Below are positions 23,620 to 38,424 of a stretch of 64,000 bases of DNA, piece by piece. This DNA comes from Octopus sinensis (Eukaryota). The stretch spans positions 118,172,001 through 118,236,000 of the forward strand of contig NC_042999.1 in assembly GCF_006345805.1 (NCBI RefSeq). The letters are read 5' to 3'. Numbering within the stretch: position 1 is the first letter of the stretch; each line of letters starts with the position of its first letter. Position numbers and translations under genes: made by a program. The notes under the pieces were generated by a model, which was not told the origin of the DNA, made no database searches, and was given only the letters and a program-made list of their open reading frames with translations.

Positions 23620-23800
23620 AAGAAATTGCTGCCAAGGTTTTGGAGATCTAAAAATTGATCTAAGCTCAAATTCCGAGAAGGTTGACTCTGCCTATCATCC
23701 TTTCAAGTTTGTTAAAATAAGTACCAGTTAAGTAATGCTATTAATGTAATGAACTTCCCCATTCCTCATCCACTCGAAAACAGCTGACACCGCAAAAAGT
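23620..23800 (+). mobile_element. SINE family B, diverged
   Basis: agctcaaattccgagaaggttgactctgcctatcatcctttcaag...aaaataagtaccagtt. Confidence 0.55.
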
Positions 23801-23817
23801 TTGGACTATTTTTTTCT

Positions 23818-23856
23818 TCATATTATTATTATTATTTTTGTTGTTGTTGTTGTTGT

Positions 23857-23949
<93 letters not shown>

Positions 23950-23980
23950 GAGGAGGAGGAGGAGGAGGAGGAGGAGGAGA
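23818..23980. repeat. Compound trinucleotide array (ATT)(GTT)(AGT)(GGT)(AGT)(AGG)
   Basis: Directly visible. It explains the poly-V/S/G/R and poly-L ORFs. Confidence 0.95.
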
Positions 23981-25535
23981 AGTGTTATCATTTCATCTAT
24001 GATACCCATAAGATTCTGAAACTTATTGTAGAGAAAATCATAGCAACTTGTTTATTATTTTTATTAGATAAACATCTTAAAGTAAAATGCTACTATTGTC
24101 CATGAATAGAATTAGTTGGTAATAATGATTAGGATTATTGAGTATCTTCAAGTCAAGTTATCTTGAATAGAATCCTGACTGAGAATTACTTAATCACATA
24201 TTTACAAACAAATTTATATGTATGATTCTGGGTTCTGAAAATCTGCCAGTGCAAGGTATTTGGTATGTCAGTTTAATTCAAAATCCATCGTTTGATCAAC
24301 ATTTTAGTTGGAGGTTATCCATGCTTTTATTTGACATACCATTCATAGATTAAGGGATTCAAATATGCTTTGTTTATATTTAAGATGTTTGAAAATTTAA
24401 TGGAAACTTGGGCTTCTTCATTGAACATAATTGAACATATAAAACTTCTATATAATAATACAATGCTTTAAACTGCTGATTTAAATTGATACCGCATGCA
24501 AAAAGTTGCCAACTACATTCTCATACATTTGGTATGACCAATCTAGATTTTGAGATATCAGTGTCATTTTTTTTTACTTGAAGCTTGAATATATCTATTC
24601 ATCCTTTGAAGTAGTTATTCAAAGCCAAAGACATTAGTTTAGTTGGCAGTTAATTTAGTATCAGTTATATGAAAAAGTCATATAAAATTTCATTAACAAT
24701 ATTAAAGTAAATAAACTTACTATTTCAGAATTATTTTGTATGTTTAATGTGAAATCTTGGGAATTAGTTGACTAATTCTCTATCATATATCTGTTACAGT
24801 AATACTAACCATTGGTTAACCCAACAATAATCATAGTATTTAATTTGTTTGTGAGATTCAGAATGGTGGGTTTCCCATAAACCACTAATGAAAACTGATT
24901 GGAGAAACAAAAGCAATATTAACAACAATCAGATTAACAATAACAAGAACAAAATTAAGAAATATGTTTAATAGGATTAGCTAGTTGGTGATAAATTGTT
25001 AATAGTGATCCAACAAACTGTTGTCATGGGAACTGGCTTTGAATGTATGACAGATTAATTGATGGCACTAGATTCTGATGACAAATCTCTAGAGAGCTGA
25101 TATTCTGACCATAGCTACTGTCTTGGCAAAGATAATGATAACTGTGAAGAATATCATCATTGAAGCCTTACAAAATTGTTCTTTTAATAGGTGCTTAGAC
25201 ACATAAAATATAATGAATCATCTGAGAACAAATAAAAATGTCTAAAAAATACAGCAGCTACAATTATATGGCAAGTTATCTCCATAAGTAACGTTAACTG
25301 TAAAGATAGAGAAGTTTTAGATATATCTGTAACTAGTTAAGCTATCATGTTTATAACTAGTTAAGCTATCATATTCAGTGCCTCAAACATTGAGCAAAGA
25401 ATATAAGTAGCGATCGTGATACACACCATTAAGAAATGGTCAAGCTAAGTAACAATCTATTAAGCAACAACTACTTAAAAAACATACTATACAATTAGGA
25501 AAAGGTGAAACGAGGAAACCCACAAACTGACTAAA

Positions 25536-25800
25536 GTCTGTCTACCCTAAGTGAAATGCCTTGGACAGGATACACAAGATATGTAGTCTATATGACATCA
25601 GGATGGTATTTAAGAGTAATACAACACTTTGAAAATATCTCCTTCATGTAAAACCTTCAATATAAGAGAATATGACCAAAGACTGTATATACTCTATCCC
25701 CTGTGGGATGAAGTTAAAACAGTATACAGAGAACACCACTGGAAAATACAAAAACTAAAAGAGAGGCAGCACATAGGCTAGGACACAATAACCTCCTAAG
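25536..25800 (+). pseudogene. Decayed Penelope/Poseidon-type linker and start of GIY-YIG domain
   Basis: From 25561 reads LDRIHKICSLYDIRMVFKSNTTL*KYLLHVKPSI*ENMTKDCIYSIPCG, preceded by VCLP*VK. This matches the LPYV...I.K...VFK...TL...VK...VY.IPC pattern. Confidence 0.7.
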
Positions 25801-25979
25801 CAGACCTAGTGCAGATATGAGTAGAATATGGGGACCGGTATTAAGGAAGGATACAAAAATATTGGGTTTATAAGCCCTAAAATTCACTCTATAATTGCCC
25901 ATGGTCATATAACAATGTTTAAGAGCATGGGCTACTAACCCCAAGACTGCGACTTCAATTCCTGGAGGTGCCTTGAATA

Positions 25980-25992
25980 AATAATAATGATG

Positions 25993-26053
<61 letters not shown>
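25980..26053. repeat. (AAT)n microsatellite
   Basis: Directly visible. Confidence 0.95.
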
Positions 26054-26055
<2 letters not shown>

Positions 26056-29000
26056 TCGGCAAAAAAAAGAATACCTTAGGAATGAGAACCCAGGCTTGGG
26101 TTCAAAAATCCTACCAGAACACCTGATAAAGGCTGGAGAGTAAATCAGTAAATCAGCCAAAATGTTGTGGTAACAACAATCCATCTTATGTAAATAATGT
26201 AACTAAATGCTGGTATGGAAAAAAAACTTATGAATGATATCAGAAAATATTTTCTTATATTTTGTTGGATAAAACTGATATAACAAAAATTAAAGATCAT
26301 ATCTGGTCAAGTAAAAAGAATTAGGCTCATACAAAGACAAAATATTTTGTTATATTGTTACCATTAAAAACCTGAGAACTTACCTTGGGACAAGAAATTC
26401 ACAATCTCTATATTCTTCTGATCTTGCTTCTTGCCATTATCAACTTGTGATAAATTATAGTTAAACATAAATACAAAGTTACATTTATTATATTTGTTAA
26501 CAGATATCCTTAGCCAACCTAAAAATATTTTTTGTAACATGTCCACTTCAAAGTTGCATGAATGTTGTAAAAGGCATTAAAAAGCTTTGTAGACTTGAAT
26601 TTATAACAATGAAGAAATATATAGATTATCAAATTATGTTTTTTAAAAATTTCGTTATAAATATGATATTGTGCGTGGGCTGACCTGATAATAAAGATTG
26701 ATAGTATAAATAATTGTGTTAAAAATCTTTATTCTGAATATTAACTGTCAGACATTATTGTTTTTGATAAAAGCAATATTGTGATTGCTACATCTTGATA
26801 ATCAAATGGGCCTACCATGTATTTACTTAGAAGCTGAAGCTTCCTTTGTATAGAAAATACATTTGATTCAGATTGGTAACAATCAATATTTGCTAGTTTT
26901 TGAAATATGAAGTAGAGAATAGTGTCAATTAAAATTTGAAAAGGGGAACATATTTCTCAGTTATTGCTGTTCAATTAAACAAACAATTTATCCTTAAGTG
27001 CCACTATTTTTACTGGATTATCATAAATTCTGAATAAATTTTGTGTATTTATTCTTCATGATTAATAAATATGTATTAAAATCTTTAATACAAAATATAA
27101 ATAAATGAAAATCTATCCTTTATAGTAACAATTTTTATTCTCCCATTGGTTCATGTTTATTACTTTTTCATTGTGAAGAAGGATCTAATTATAATTTTTT
27201 TTCATTACACTGTTTTATAAAAAATTATTTTATGTTAATGTAAACATGAAGAGTTTTTGAAATGTGATATCTAATTATGTATTTTTAAAGCTAAAAAATT
27301 TACTGCTAGATACCTTCTGCTTCAACTATACAATAGCGACTATTTTCAGTATGCAAAGTAATACATAATTTCAGCAACACAGTTCCATGAGCATACAGTT
27401 CTGCATGAAGATGATGAATAAATAAGTACATTAAAAGTATGTTAACATACTTAGTATAGTGATTTTCTTAGTATATGTACCTTTCAGAAATAAATATCAA
27501 AGAAGACTTTAGACATTACTTGGTTGCTACCTAATAACTCTATCAATTAAATAAAGCAGAAAGCTATAAAACATATACAATATGTAGCTAAGAAATCAAC
27601 TACGTGTCAAGTCAAGTAATTGCGAGCTGTATGAAGATGAGCCACAGCTAAAGTAGTGTACACTAGACAAGTTGGATGTGATAGACATGTATAGCACCAA
27701 CACAGGTGATATATTATCGGTATTCTATGTTATAAAACAAATTAAGTTAAGCACTTTACAATCTGCTAATATTCCCTTATGTGTAGTCAACATTTATATG
27801 TAAAAATGTAAAATTGTCAGCTCTGTAATTTCAACATTGGCCAAATATTTACAAGCCATTCAAATTCTGAATATGCCTATGCAATACAGGACTATTATGG
27901 TTGCATTATCAGAAGTATTAGAAACTCTCTTCCCACAAAAGAATACTGAAGTGACCATGTCAACATATCAAAAATCTCTTTACATAAACAAGACTAAAAT
28001 TACACATGGGTTTAAAAAGAGGAGAGACTAAGGCTTACTGACGAGCAAAAGCAAACTTGACAAAAATACAGCACCAAAATGAAAATAGCAGACAATGTGT
28101 TCAAATGCAGTAACTATCGTTCTTGTATACACACCCCAACAGTTGACACTCAAATCACAAGACTGAAAATTTTCCAGATGGAAATCCTTAGTCTTGCAAC
28201 ACAAATGGATTCCTCCATGCCATATGTTACTAGAAGAATTTACTTGGGCAATAAGAATATCATTAATACTTATGATAGACAATGAAGGATATTTATTGTT
28301 ATTCACAACACTTACAAAACAGCAGCCTGCACCAAAAAATTTACAAAACACTAGTGAAAAGTAATAGAAGTCAGAATGACTTCTCCACTGAGGGAAATAT
28401 TTTCCATTATATGTGCTCAGAGTCAACTAAGTGTTTGTGAGTTAATAAACCTAGCTGTTTGAGCAACAATTTATTCAAGATTTAATAGTAGACATCAGAA
28501 CAAATGATAAAGCTCACAACAGTGCACTGCATAATATTCAGCAAACGTTCATTATTCAAGGTCGATGTTATTACAACTTATGATTATCTGAATGTATACC
28601 AATTTTTAATGATTTATTCAACGTAATATGAACTGCAGATCAAGGAAAAATTGCATGAAATTACAACATAGTAAGGAATATAGCACATGTAAATCTGCAA
28701 ATGAAATCTAATGCATCAGATTTGTTACTGATGCCAAAAATAGATAAAAGTATTAAAGCATTTGAGAATGTCGTGACCATCAAAAAAACATCTTATTTGT
28801 CACTGCTAAGAAACAAATTGTCTTATTATTTGTAATCTGCTGATAATATATTCTGTTATATTCTAACTTAAACTTGGAGTTGAAATTTCATTTTTTTATA
28901 ATAGCATGGCTTATTTAATAATTTATAATAATGTGCTTGCCTATATAGTCATTTATAATTTGTAAGTATCAAGAAGTGATGATTTCAGTAAATATATGTT

Positions 29001-30329
29001 GATTGTATTTTGACATTGGGACATCTGAATTTTTCTTACATAGAATTCTTATTTATTGGAGCTTTTCAAAATTGTGAAATCTTAAAATAACTGCAAGCTG
29101 AATTGTGACCAAAGTAATAGAAAGGTGTTGTCAATTTACATTAATGGTAAAGGTATTTGAATAGCACCCATTTATAGTGAACTTATGTTAACAAGTAGTA
29201 TGGTACAGCACTTAAATTTCCATACATCCATATATCATTTCACCAAATGGCAAACCAAACTTACTATTCCAAGACATCATAAGGTAAATACCCAATCATT
29301 TTTGCACTGTGATGTATTCTGAACTGTTTTGTGTACCTAGGCTTATGCAGGTATCATTTGTATCTCACGAAAGCTCAAGCCATGTTAGATCTAACAATAT
29401 TGTTTTACACTCATTCTCTCATTATCATGTGAGAATTGGCACAAGTGTGACAAGTTCCATAGGGTTGGTTTCTTTTCCTAATCACTTCCTGGAAATAACA
29501 TTGCGATGAAGCTTAATTTATCTTCCATTTGAATGCAAATACCACTTAATTCCTTGAAATGAAGACTAATGACAATCTCTTAAGTTCTCTTTGAGGTTTG
29601 AGTGACACCAACATTATATTATTTGCTAAACAAATAATGTATGCCATAACAATTCATATGGTGAGTAGTTTCTTGTTCAAAAGGTTTCATTGAAGGAGAT
29701 CACTCATTCTGTACTTTTGTCAAATCAAAGTGGAATTTTTAAGTGGTGGTTTTAGTTAACAGTAATGGGTAATATATATAGGGTATTCATTCTATATAAC
29801 TCATTCATATTTTAATTGTGTTACAGAAGATTTAATTTGATCTCAAGCACTGTTAATATACAATAAAAAAAAAATTATACCAAATCAGATTTCCTCAGTT
29901 TATTTATATGCATTTCTATAATTTTATTCTCATTTGTTCTTTATCATTTCACAAGATGTATATATACTATTTCTCTACTTGTCATAGCAGAATTCTGTAC
30001 CACAATTCCCATGTCATAATTGGTGCTTAGTTGACATTTAGCTTCAACACTTATATATTAAAAAATTAAATATCTACTAATATTATCCTGTTAGATGCAA
30101 TAGGCTATTTGCCTTCCTTACAAATGCAAGGCTTTATAGCAAAGCTTAAATTTACTATTGTTGTTATTATTTTTATTATTTTGAGTTTTTCTTCTTTCAA
30201 TTTTGTTTCCATCTCCGGCCAAGTTTCTTCTTGTTAAGAAACTCACAGCATACATTGATAAACCATTAAAATAAATACACCACATTGTTCATTTACAAAA
30301 TCAAGTTATGTGGGGAAAAAAACGAAAAA

Positions 30330-30690
30330 AGAAGAAAGAAAAATTTACACAGGTTGTAATCATTCTCTCAGAGACAATGCTCTTCTCAATCTTTTGCACG
30401 TTTTGCATGGATGAATTTATTCTCAAATAATTTTCATTTCCTTTTTTGATCATTACAAATGTTCCTATAGTCATTGGTATTGTAACTACCTTGAGATTCC
30501 ACATTTAGTTTTAATTTCAATGAGTAAATCTTTGTGTTTTCTAAGCTTGTCAAATTCATTTGCTGCGATATTATGATCACAGGGAAGACTCATGTCAGTC
30601 AATAAACAGACTTTATCGTTTTGGTTTTTCCCAACAGTATCCAGTTTATTAGCTTTGATGGTTTTGTCTGTATGTACTGGAAAGTTATTG
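30330..30690 (-). mobile_element. R4/Dong-type LINE 3' fragment (restriction-like endonuclease region)
   Basis: ORF 30486-30839 contains TDKTIKANKLDTV...CLLTDMSLPCDHNIAANEFDKLRKHKDLLIEI, and 30301-30504 starts MWNLKVVTIPMTIGT. Homologous to 11560-11757. Confidence 0.8.
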
Positions 30691-30728
30691 TTATTATTAT
30701 TATTATTATTAAAATCATTATCATTATT

Positions 30729-31295
30729 GAATGAGAGAGCAGAGCAGAGCATACCATTAAAGTGACACTGGAGTACAAATATATAAAGCCCAATATACCC
30801 ATCATGACTACCCATCTGATAAAGGTATACCAGACACATGCATCACAACCATATGTGCATAATATGGTGATCTCATATCAAAATAAAACAGTGTATGGCA
30901 TTGCAGGTGGGGGCCCAGTAAAAATTTTCTTCTGGTTGAGTAACCCATCTCATTCAAAAGGTCCCTGAATAAGGTTTGTTTAAGGATGATGAACAAAGCA
31001 CCTATGTCTCCAGGGATGAATTATCCAAACCCCAAAGAATTCCTCTCAACACATGGTTATGATGCTCCCCCACTATTTCTGCTCATGATCAGAGATGCAC
31101 ATATCGTCAGCTACTAAGAGACATGCTCAACTGGTTAAGGTTAAAGTAACTGACAAGCAAATCTGTGGTATGGAGCAGAATATTTGCTGTAGCCCATCTT
31201 TTATACCAAAACAAAACAATGTACATGTTAATACTTCCAATTAGTTAAATTCAAAAACCATGGGAGCCACTGCCTGGTACCACATTGGAGCATTT
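30729..31295 (-). mobile_element. Element X, copy 2
   Basis: Reverse complement of 38425-38967, with (TTA)n on both flanks. Confidence 0.8.
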
Positions 31296-32199
31296 ATCAT
31301 TATTATTCTTACTATTATTATTATTATTATTATTACTAAATCTTGTAGAGTGAAGATGTATCTTTGATTTTTCCTTTTAAATCACTTCGTATTTCAAGCA
31401 TTACCTAACAAAATTTCCTGTGAAATATTAGTAAAAAGAACTACTATCAGCTAAGAAAGGGTAGCTCTCACAACTCAAGGGTAGTCAACAGAAAAAAATG
31501 GAGTTGCTTCATAAACTTTTAAAATCATATTTACACATATAACATTTTTACATCCAAAATGGCTACCACCTAATTACACCACATGACAAAGGACTACAAG
31601 GAAAAATCAAAACACAACTAAATGTACTAGAGGAAGGGGAAAATGAACATTACAGTGAACAACAGAAAGAAAATTATCCAAATACTCAAAAACGTCATTT
31701 GGAAGATAGTGAAAATAATAACAGCAGTAGTAACTCTTAAACAATTTCAGAATCTATGGCCTGTTTATATAGAAGTAAAATGAAAACAAATCTCACAAAA
31801 CTAAAGAAACAGATAATACTTTTGAACCTGCAACAGTTACAAAAGAAAAAATGTGAATGTTTAAAATTTTGTAAAACCTCCAAAGCAGTTCTTTTCCACA
31901 GTAGATGATCCAGGAGATGATGAAGAGAAAGATTATTTATCTCTGCTTATGAAAAGATGGAATCAGATTAAATTCCTATCATTTCAAGCAGTACAACAAT
32001 AACTCTTAGGATAAATAATCTCAATTGAAAAAGGAAAAAAAAAAGCTTTGGTGCTATTTTAGAAGAGAAAACACAAGATGAAATTGTCAAATGTACATCT
32101 GCTTATACACTTGTACTCTAGTAATTGAGAAAAAATCCCACAAGAATTGGTATTAGAGACACTGGCTACCTTAGTATATCTTTGTTTACAGTAAACACA

Positions 32200-32540
32200 T
32201 GTATATAAAGTGGCTGTAAAGGCACATAGCTCTGGGCTCACAATCATGAGGTAGTGAGTTTGATTCCTGTACCAGACTGTGTGTTGTGTACTTGGACAAG
32301 ACACTTTATTTCATGTTGCTCCAGTTCTCTCAGCTGTAGAAATGAGTTGCGATGTCACTGGTGTCAAGTTGTATCGACCTTTGCCTTTCCTTTAGATTCA
32401 TCGGTGGCATGGAGACAGGAGACTAGTATGTATAGGTGACTGCTGGTCTTCCATAAACAACCTTGTCTGGGCCTATCCTTTGAAGGATAATTTTCTAGGT
32501 GCAACCTCATGGTCATTCATGACTGAAGTGGGGTAATTTA
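32200..32540 (+). mobile_element. tRNA-derived SINE family D
   Basis: gagtttgattcct B-box-like motif, then cttggacaagacactttatttcatgttgctccagttctctcagctgtagaaatg central domain. Confidence 0.6.
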
Positions 32541-34499
32541 TAAAGTTGTCACCCAGTGCATTCATTCTACTTACCCTGTATTATGCCAATGCTGGATAGT
32601 AAGTGTCTCCTTGCAGAAACCTTCATATAATTGAGTTCAATAGGATTATTGGTTCTTTAATGTTGGCAAATACTTCCGTTCCAGTCTACATTTATCCTCT
32701 TTCACTCTTTTCAAATATGCATCCAATTTTACATGCAGCCACCACACTATATCAATGTCTTTTCAGTCGTCATGGAAACATTATTTAATAATTATGAGAT
32801 GTAAGGTTGAGTGATACATGTATCTATTAGCAATCAGTTGTCTATATCAAGTATTTTTTAGCATGTACATACAAGAATCTTATCTTGTATATCATTCCAA
32901 TCAATATGAAATCTTTGATAAAATCTTGTGGAAGGTGTCTAAACAAGTAATTGACCAGAAAATCTTTACATTTTCATGATTTTTTTTAACTTTAAAAGGA
33001 CAATTTAATCCAGCAACATGGCATATAGATAAAAGAAACATGTTTTCCCTTGCATTGCAAGACACAATGTAAACTTCTTTTATCAATAATTTAAGATATC
33101 AAACGTGACACAGACAACTTCACACTTTTATTGAGCATAAGTTCGTGCACGTTTGATTTTTTCCTTTTAGTTATTATGTATGTTCACGACAATGTTGCTA
33201 TTGTTTTTCTTCCTATCTACCAGTATAGAAAATCACCAAAAATATTTAACTGTATTAAAAGCAATGAATATCAGGTTAAGGCAATGAATGTCATGTTAAA
33301 GGCAAAGTTAGACAAAGTCGGTCACTAAAAACATTCTCTAGATTTGTATCAGCCTCCATTTTGTTCTTCAGTGATCAAAAGTGAATCTAGACATCCATGT
33401 TCAATAGTTTCTTTTAGGTGTGTCTCTGTGTGATTCCCAGCTCATTACTAATGTCATGACTCTTGATTATCAAACTTCAAACTTTTGAGTGATCTGGAGC
33501 AAAAAAAAAAAACTTCTATAATTAAAAGAAATAGCTGTACCAACTGCTCAATCCTCACTAATTGTATAAGCAAGTCAAACATAGATTATATTTGGAAAAC
33601 AGTGTCTTTCTTTTTGGTGGTGGGATGCATTGCAATCTTATAGTTTCACCAGAAATATGCAGAAGGAAAAGCCTAAAGTGTTCATGATAATGTTCATTGT
33701 GGCATTATTGTTATCCTCAGTCCTCTAAAAGTTAAAGTATGGTAGCCTGGCTACTCACATGATATTGAGCACTATGTACATCAGTGTTTCAAATGGGCAG
33801 AGATAAAATATTTCTAAGTGAAAAAGCCTTGATTATCATCAAAGTATTTTAGAATCCAGGATTTGTGTACACATGCATCATGAGACTAAATGCTGCTTAT
33901 CATAGGAGATTAATTTTCAGAGTGGCCATTTGTGTTATTGTTGGTATTACCTGTAGTTTTCTTTTGAGATAGTGTTCCAAAGATTTTGGTGTCAGAAAAT
34001 CCCCTCAAATATCTTGATATTGAGCTTTAATTTTAATCACTGAGAATTGGTGACAATTCTTACAAAATGACCTCTTTCATTTTCACTCAAAGAGGTTTGT
34101 AGATCAAGTGACGTGATCTGTCAAAATAAAAAGTTAACAATATTCCCAACAAGAGGGAAATATTTGAATGAATTTTGCCCTGACTATTGTACAGCTATCA
34201 TACTATTCTTTCATGCTATCATGCTAGAGCAACCATCAGCAATGATAAGACATTAGCTTTATGCACTATTGAATATGTTATTTTAATAATGTTCAGCTGT
34301 GGTAAAAATAGATTATATTTTCTTATTAGAAATTGTGAACTTTGTGATGCAAACCAAGAACAACGTTACTGTAATTTCTAGAAAGAAATTAAACTAAAAT
34401 TGTTTTATGCTGATTACATCAGACATTTCCCATTTGAAATAGGAGAATGTTAGTAGTACCCACGATGGTGTTGGCATTATGACTTTTGCAAAAATGATA

Positions 34500-34869
34500 T
34501 ATCTATTTTTGAAGTTTTAAAACTTTTAATTGCTTGATAACTCACTCTCGTACTGACCTCTTTTTCATTTTGAGTGAACAAGAGGTTTATCCTGGTGGTC
34601 AGTAGTCATGGAAAATATGACATGAAAAATATAAAAAAATTATATGAATTTATAGTTGTAACTGGTGAAGAATATAATAAACTCAAAGAAGTTAAAGATA
34701 AATATTGGTTTTGTTATTGATATATAAAGTGTATTTTTGTGGAAGTGGATTAAAAAATAAAATTTGATGATTTTTAAACACTTTCAAAATATGGAGGCTT
34801 TACTTGTTTAATTAATAGAACTATGAGAGTATTTTGGTCAGCCTATGAACTTTTCAGCCAACCCTTGTA
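34500..34869. mobile_element. Mariner-like deleted relic
   Basis: TIR-like cctatgaacttttcagccaacccttgta at 34842-34869, and atagttgtaactggtgaagaa (IVTGEE, compare IVTGDE). Confidence 0.45.
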
Positions 34870-36796
34870 AAGTAGATTACATTTACTTAAGACACCAAGT
34901 AGGCATATCAAACCAGAAACCTTGTAATTGAACTTAATTTCTTTACCACTTAGGGAAGAGCCTAAATAACTTGCATTAGAAAGAGTATTTTGCATAACCT
35001 GGTTATCAGGTGACAAAATGGGGGTAATCTTAAAAGAAATGTGTGAAATGATAGACTGTATGAACTTAGTAGACTTTACCAATAAATGCAAAAATAAAGA
35101 AGATATTATGGTGAAGATGAAGTAAGAAGTTGAAAGGAGTAGAATTATAGACGTTAGTAATTTCGACAAATGATAAGTGCATAAATATTTGCTGATAAGT
35201 GGAGGCTATTTAGAAACAACTTCAAAAATTTATAAGTTTCATGAAAGAGAAAAAGAAGTCTATTGGAGAACTATATATCAACTCATGTGATTCTCAGTGA
35301 TTTTTTTTTCTGATTTCATGTGCACTGGAGATCAAATAAACACTACTGGTGAATCTTGTATGGGTAGTTTAAAAATTGCATTAAATAGTAATATATTGAA
35401 AACATATAACAGAAATTGTTGCTTCTTTTGTTTTATTAACTCTATTTGTCTGTAACAAAAGGATAAAAAACATTCTGCAGTACACTCAAGCATTAATATA
35501 GACATTTGTATATCCTCAAATTATATATTTTAAATCTAAAGTACACCTAAATACACTTTTAGGTGTACTTGTACATCACTGTTTGAGAAAAATTGAAGTA
35601 CACCATGAATTATTTTGCAGTGGAAGCAGAGTATCTGAAAACCCAACATATCAGTATCATATGACAGGAATAGGAATATTAATTTAATGAAATTTCAAAC
35701 TGAAGCAGGTAACTGAAATGTTTCAAATATGGGTCCCATCTTTCACATCTACATCCACTGTTTAGCAACGTTTCTCCTCAAACAGAAGTATACTAGCATC
35801 TTCTAAAACAGTCAATCGCATCCACTTTTGTCTTCATTATCAGGTATCTTCAGATCAATAGAATGATATCCACTAAGTTGGAAAAAAATACCTTCTGGAA
35901 TTACTAATTCAGTTCCTGTAAAGGAAGAAAGCATTCAGGTTACTCTACTACATTAAACTTCTATTCTTTACCAATGAAGCCAAGCCAGGAATAGTCTTGT
36001 CAGACATGAAGAGAAAACAAAGTAACTAACAGTTCTGATGGCTATGGAAGAATAGAAGTTAATAGAGGGCCTGCAGATTTAAAGTAAAAAACATTTTCTC
36101 TTTTTCTTTCTTGTCGACACAACGAAGCCATATAAAAATAACTTCATCAAAGCAAGCCATTCCACAAGAAATAAAATTGGCAATACTAAACTTTTAAAGG
36201 ATGTAGAAAATGAAAAGAGCACTTGATAACAAGAGTGGTGGGTAATTAAAAATGTGTCAGAGCCAGATTGTGATGCTGGCAATATAAAGTGATCAAATTA
36301 TACATTTTCTCTGTTTTTTTTTGTTTTTTTTTACCTTTTTTGATAATGTCACTAACAAATTAGAAGAACTAGAATGAAGTAAGAAGTAAACAACAAAAAA
36401 CAAACTGTACTTTAAAATTCTACGTTATTTCTGTTTAGTTATAGTGGAAATGACACACATTTTTAAAAATCATCTTTCATAGCAGTTTGTGAACAATAGT
36501 GTAATTGGTAACAAATTTCCAATGAATCAACCACTAGTTCTCTGCAGTTTTGATTGTGAGAATGACAGGGAGTATCTGTAACTTGATTCAAAGCAAATAT
36601 TGCAAGAGACTTCATTCATAAAACACCTACTGCTTTGGTATTCTTGATGGTATATGTTGATTAAAGATACACACATAGATGCATACACACACACACACAC
36701 AATGAAAATCTGCTTATATTTCTCCTGTCAAATATCCCTCAAAGTATATTAGTCAGTTCAAAGTTTTGATTCTGAGCAGAAGTTCAGATAACACAC

Positions 36797-36957
36797 ACAA
36801 CAGGCTCCTTTCATTTTCTGTCTGTCAAAGCCACTAACAAGGCTTTGGTTGGCACAAGGTTATAGTAGAAGGCACCTGTCCAGGGTTCCCTTGCAGTGGG
36901 ATTGAACCCAAAACAACGTGATTAGGAAGGAAACTTTTGACCACACAGCCATGCATA
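36797..36957 (-). mobile_element. SINE family A, 5' half
   Basis: aaggctttggttggcacaagg.tatagtagaag...gcagtgggattgaaccc...ccacacagcca. Confidence 0.7.
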
Positions 36958-37282
36958 TAAACTTATCAACTTTGTGTCTAAAATATCTGCTTGAGCTGTT
37001 CTCAAAGAAACAGAATTCCTATTTGAAGAATAGCTCAAAGCCACAATCTTTGTCATAAATTCTACAGTACATTCATTCGACATTCATTCAACATCCATTG
37101 TTCTACATTCATTCAACAAAACAATTACAGAATCATTCAAAATACAAATCAAAAATATCAAAATACATATTGTGAAAGCTAACATAAATATACAACTACA
37201 CAACTGAAATAATAACAACCCCAAATCCAACAAAAATATAAGAAATATAAACAAACGATTACTACAACTATAGACACAAGGC

Positions 37283-37679
37283 CTACTCTCTTTTACTTGT
37301 TTCAGTCATTTAACTGTGGCCATGCTGGAGAACCACCTTTAGTCAGGGAAATCGACCCCAGGACTTATTCTTTGTAAGCCTAGTACTTATTCTATCGGTC
37401 TCTTTTGTTGAACTGCTAAGTTACAGAGACGTAAACACACCAGCATCGGTTGTCAAACAATGTTGGGGTTACAAACACAGACACACAATCACACACACAT
37501 ATATATACATATACACGATGGGCTTCTTTCAGTTTCCATCTACCAAATCCACTCACCAGGCTTTGGTCAGTCTGAGGCTATAGTAGAAGATACTTGCCTA
37601 AGGTGCCACGCAGTGGGACTGAACCCAGAACCATGTGGTTGGTAAGCAAGCTACTTACCACACAGCCACTCCTGCACCT
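37283..37679 (-). mobile_element. SINE family A, full length
   Basis: Colinear with 12181-12566 and ends in ccacacagccactcctgcacct (tRNA-like head). Confidence 0.9.
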
Positions 37680-37689
37680 ATAATTTTTT

Positions 37690-38287
37690 TTTTTTTTGGT
37701 TGGGGTGCTAGTCAATTACATTGACCCCATTTCTCATTGGGTACTTATTTTATTGGCCTCAACAAGATGTAAGGCAAACTCGACCTTGGCAGAATTTGAA
37801 CTGCGGACATAATAACTGACTGAATGCCACTAATCCTTTTGTCTGCTGTGCTAATTCTCCCAGCTCACTGCTTTAATAATAATAATGATAATAATCATAA
37901 TAATTCTTTTTGCTATATGAAATTTGGGGAAGGGAATAGTCGATTGCAACCATTCTCAGTGCTCTCCTGTACTTGTTTTATCGAACCTGAAAAGATGAAA
38001 GGTAAAGTCAACCACAGTGGAATTTGAACCCAGAATGTAGCCAGCATGCTAATGATTCTACAAGCTTGCCACCTTAATAATAATAATAATGATTTCAAAT
38101 TTTGGTACAAGGTCACCAATTTGGGAGGAAGGTATGTTGATTACATTGAGCCCAATATTCAACTGGTACAGAAAAGATGAAAGGCGAAGTTGACCATGGC
38201 AGAATTTGAACTCAAAATTTAGAGATGGGCAAAATGCCACTAAGCATTTTGCTCAGCATGCAAACTATTCTGCCAGCTCACTGCCTT
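37690..38287 (-). mobile_element. Three consecutive SINE family B copies (37690-37872, 37908-38075, 38091-38287)
   Basis: Each has a gaatttgaac/gaatttgaact B-box complement and a ca(a)gct..c.gcc/acc-tt head, separated by (AAT)n spacers. Confidence 0.75.
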
Positions 38288-38353
38288 AATACTACTACTA
38301 CTACTAATAATAATGATAATAATAATATACTAATAATAATGATAATAATAATG

Positions 38354-38416
<63 letters not shown>

Positions 38417-38424
38417 GTAATAAT
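38288..38424. repeat. (AAT)n array
   Basis: Directly visible. Confidence 0.95.

Noticed and set aside
26384-26443. Candidate 60-nt minus-strand exon (VDNGKKQDQKNIEIVNFLSQ) with a GTAAGT donor
   Set aside because: Weak AAG acceptor, no recognisable protein and no partner exons. It needs RNA-seq or homology support.
27837-28426. Cluster of non-repetitive ORFs (64-132 aa) at 27.8-28.4 kb
   Set aside because: No recognisable motifs or splice structure. Probably chance ORFs or a very old element.
35720-36060. Possible mariner transposase C-terminal relic
   Set aside because: No unambiguous catalytic motif or TIR could be read.
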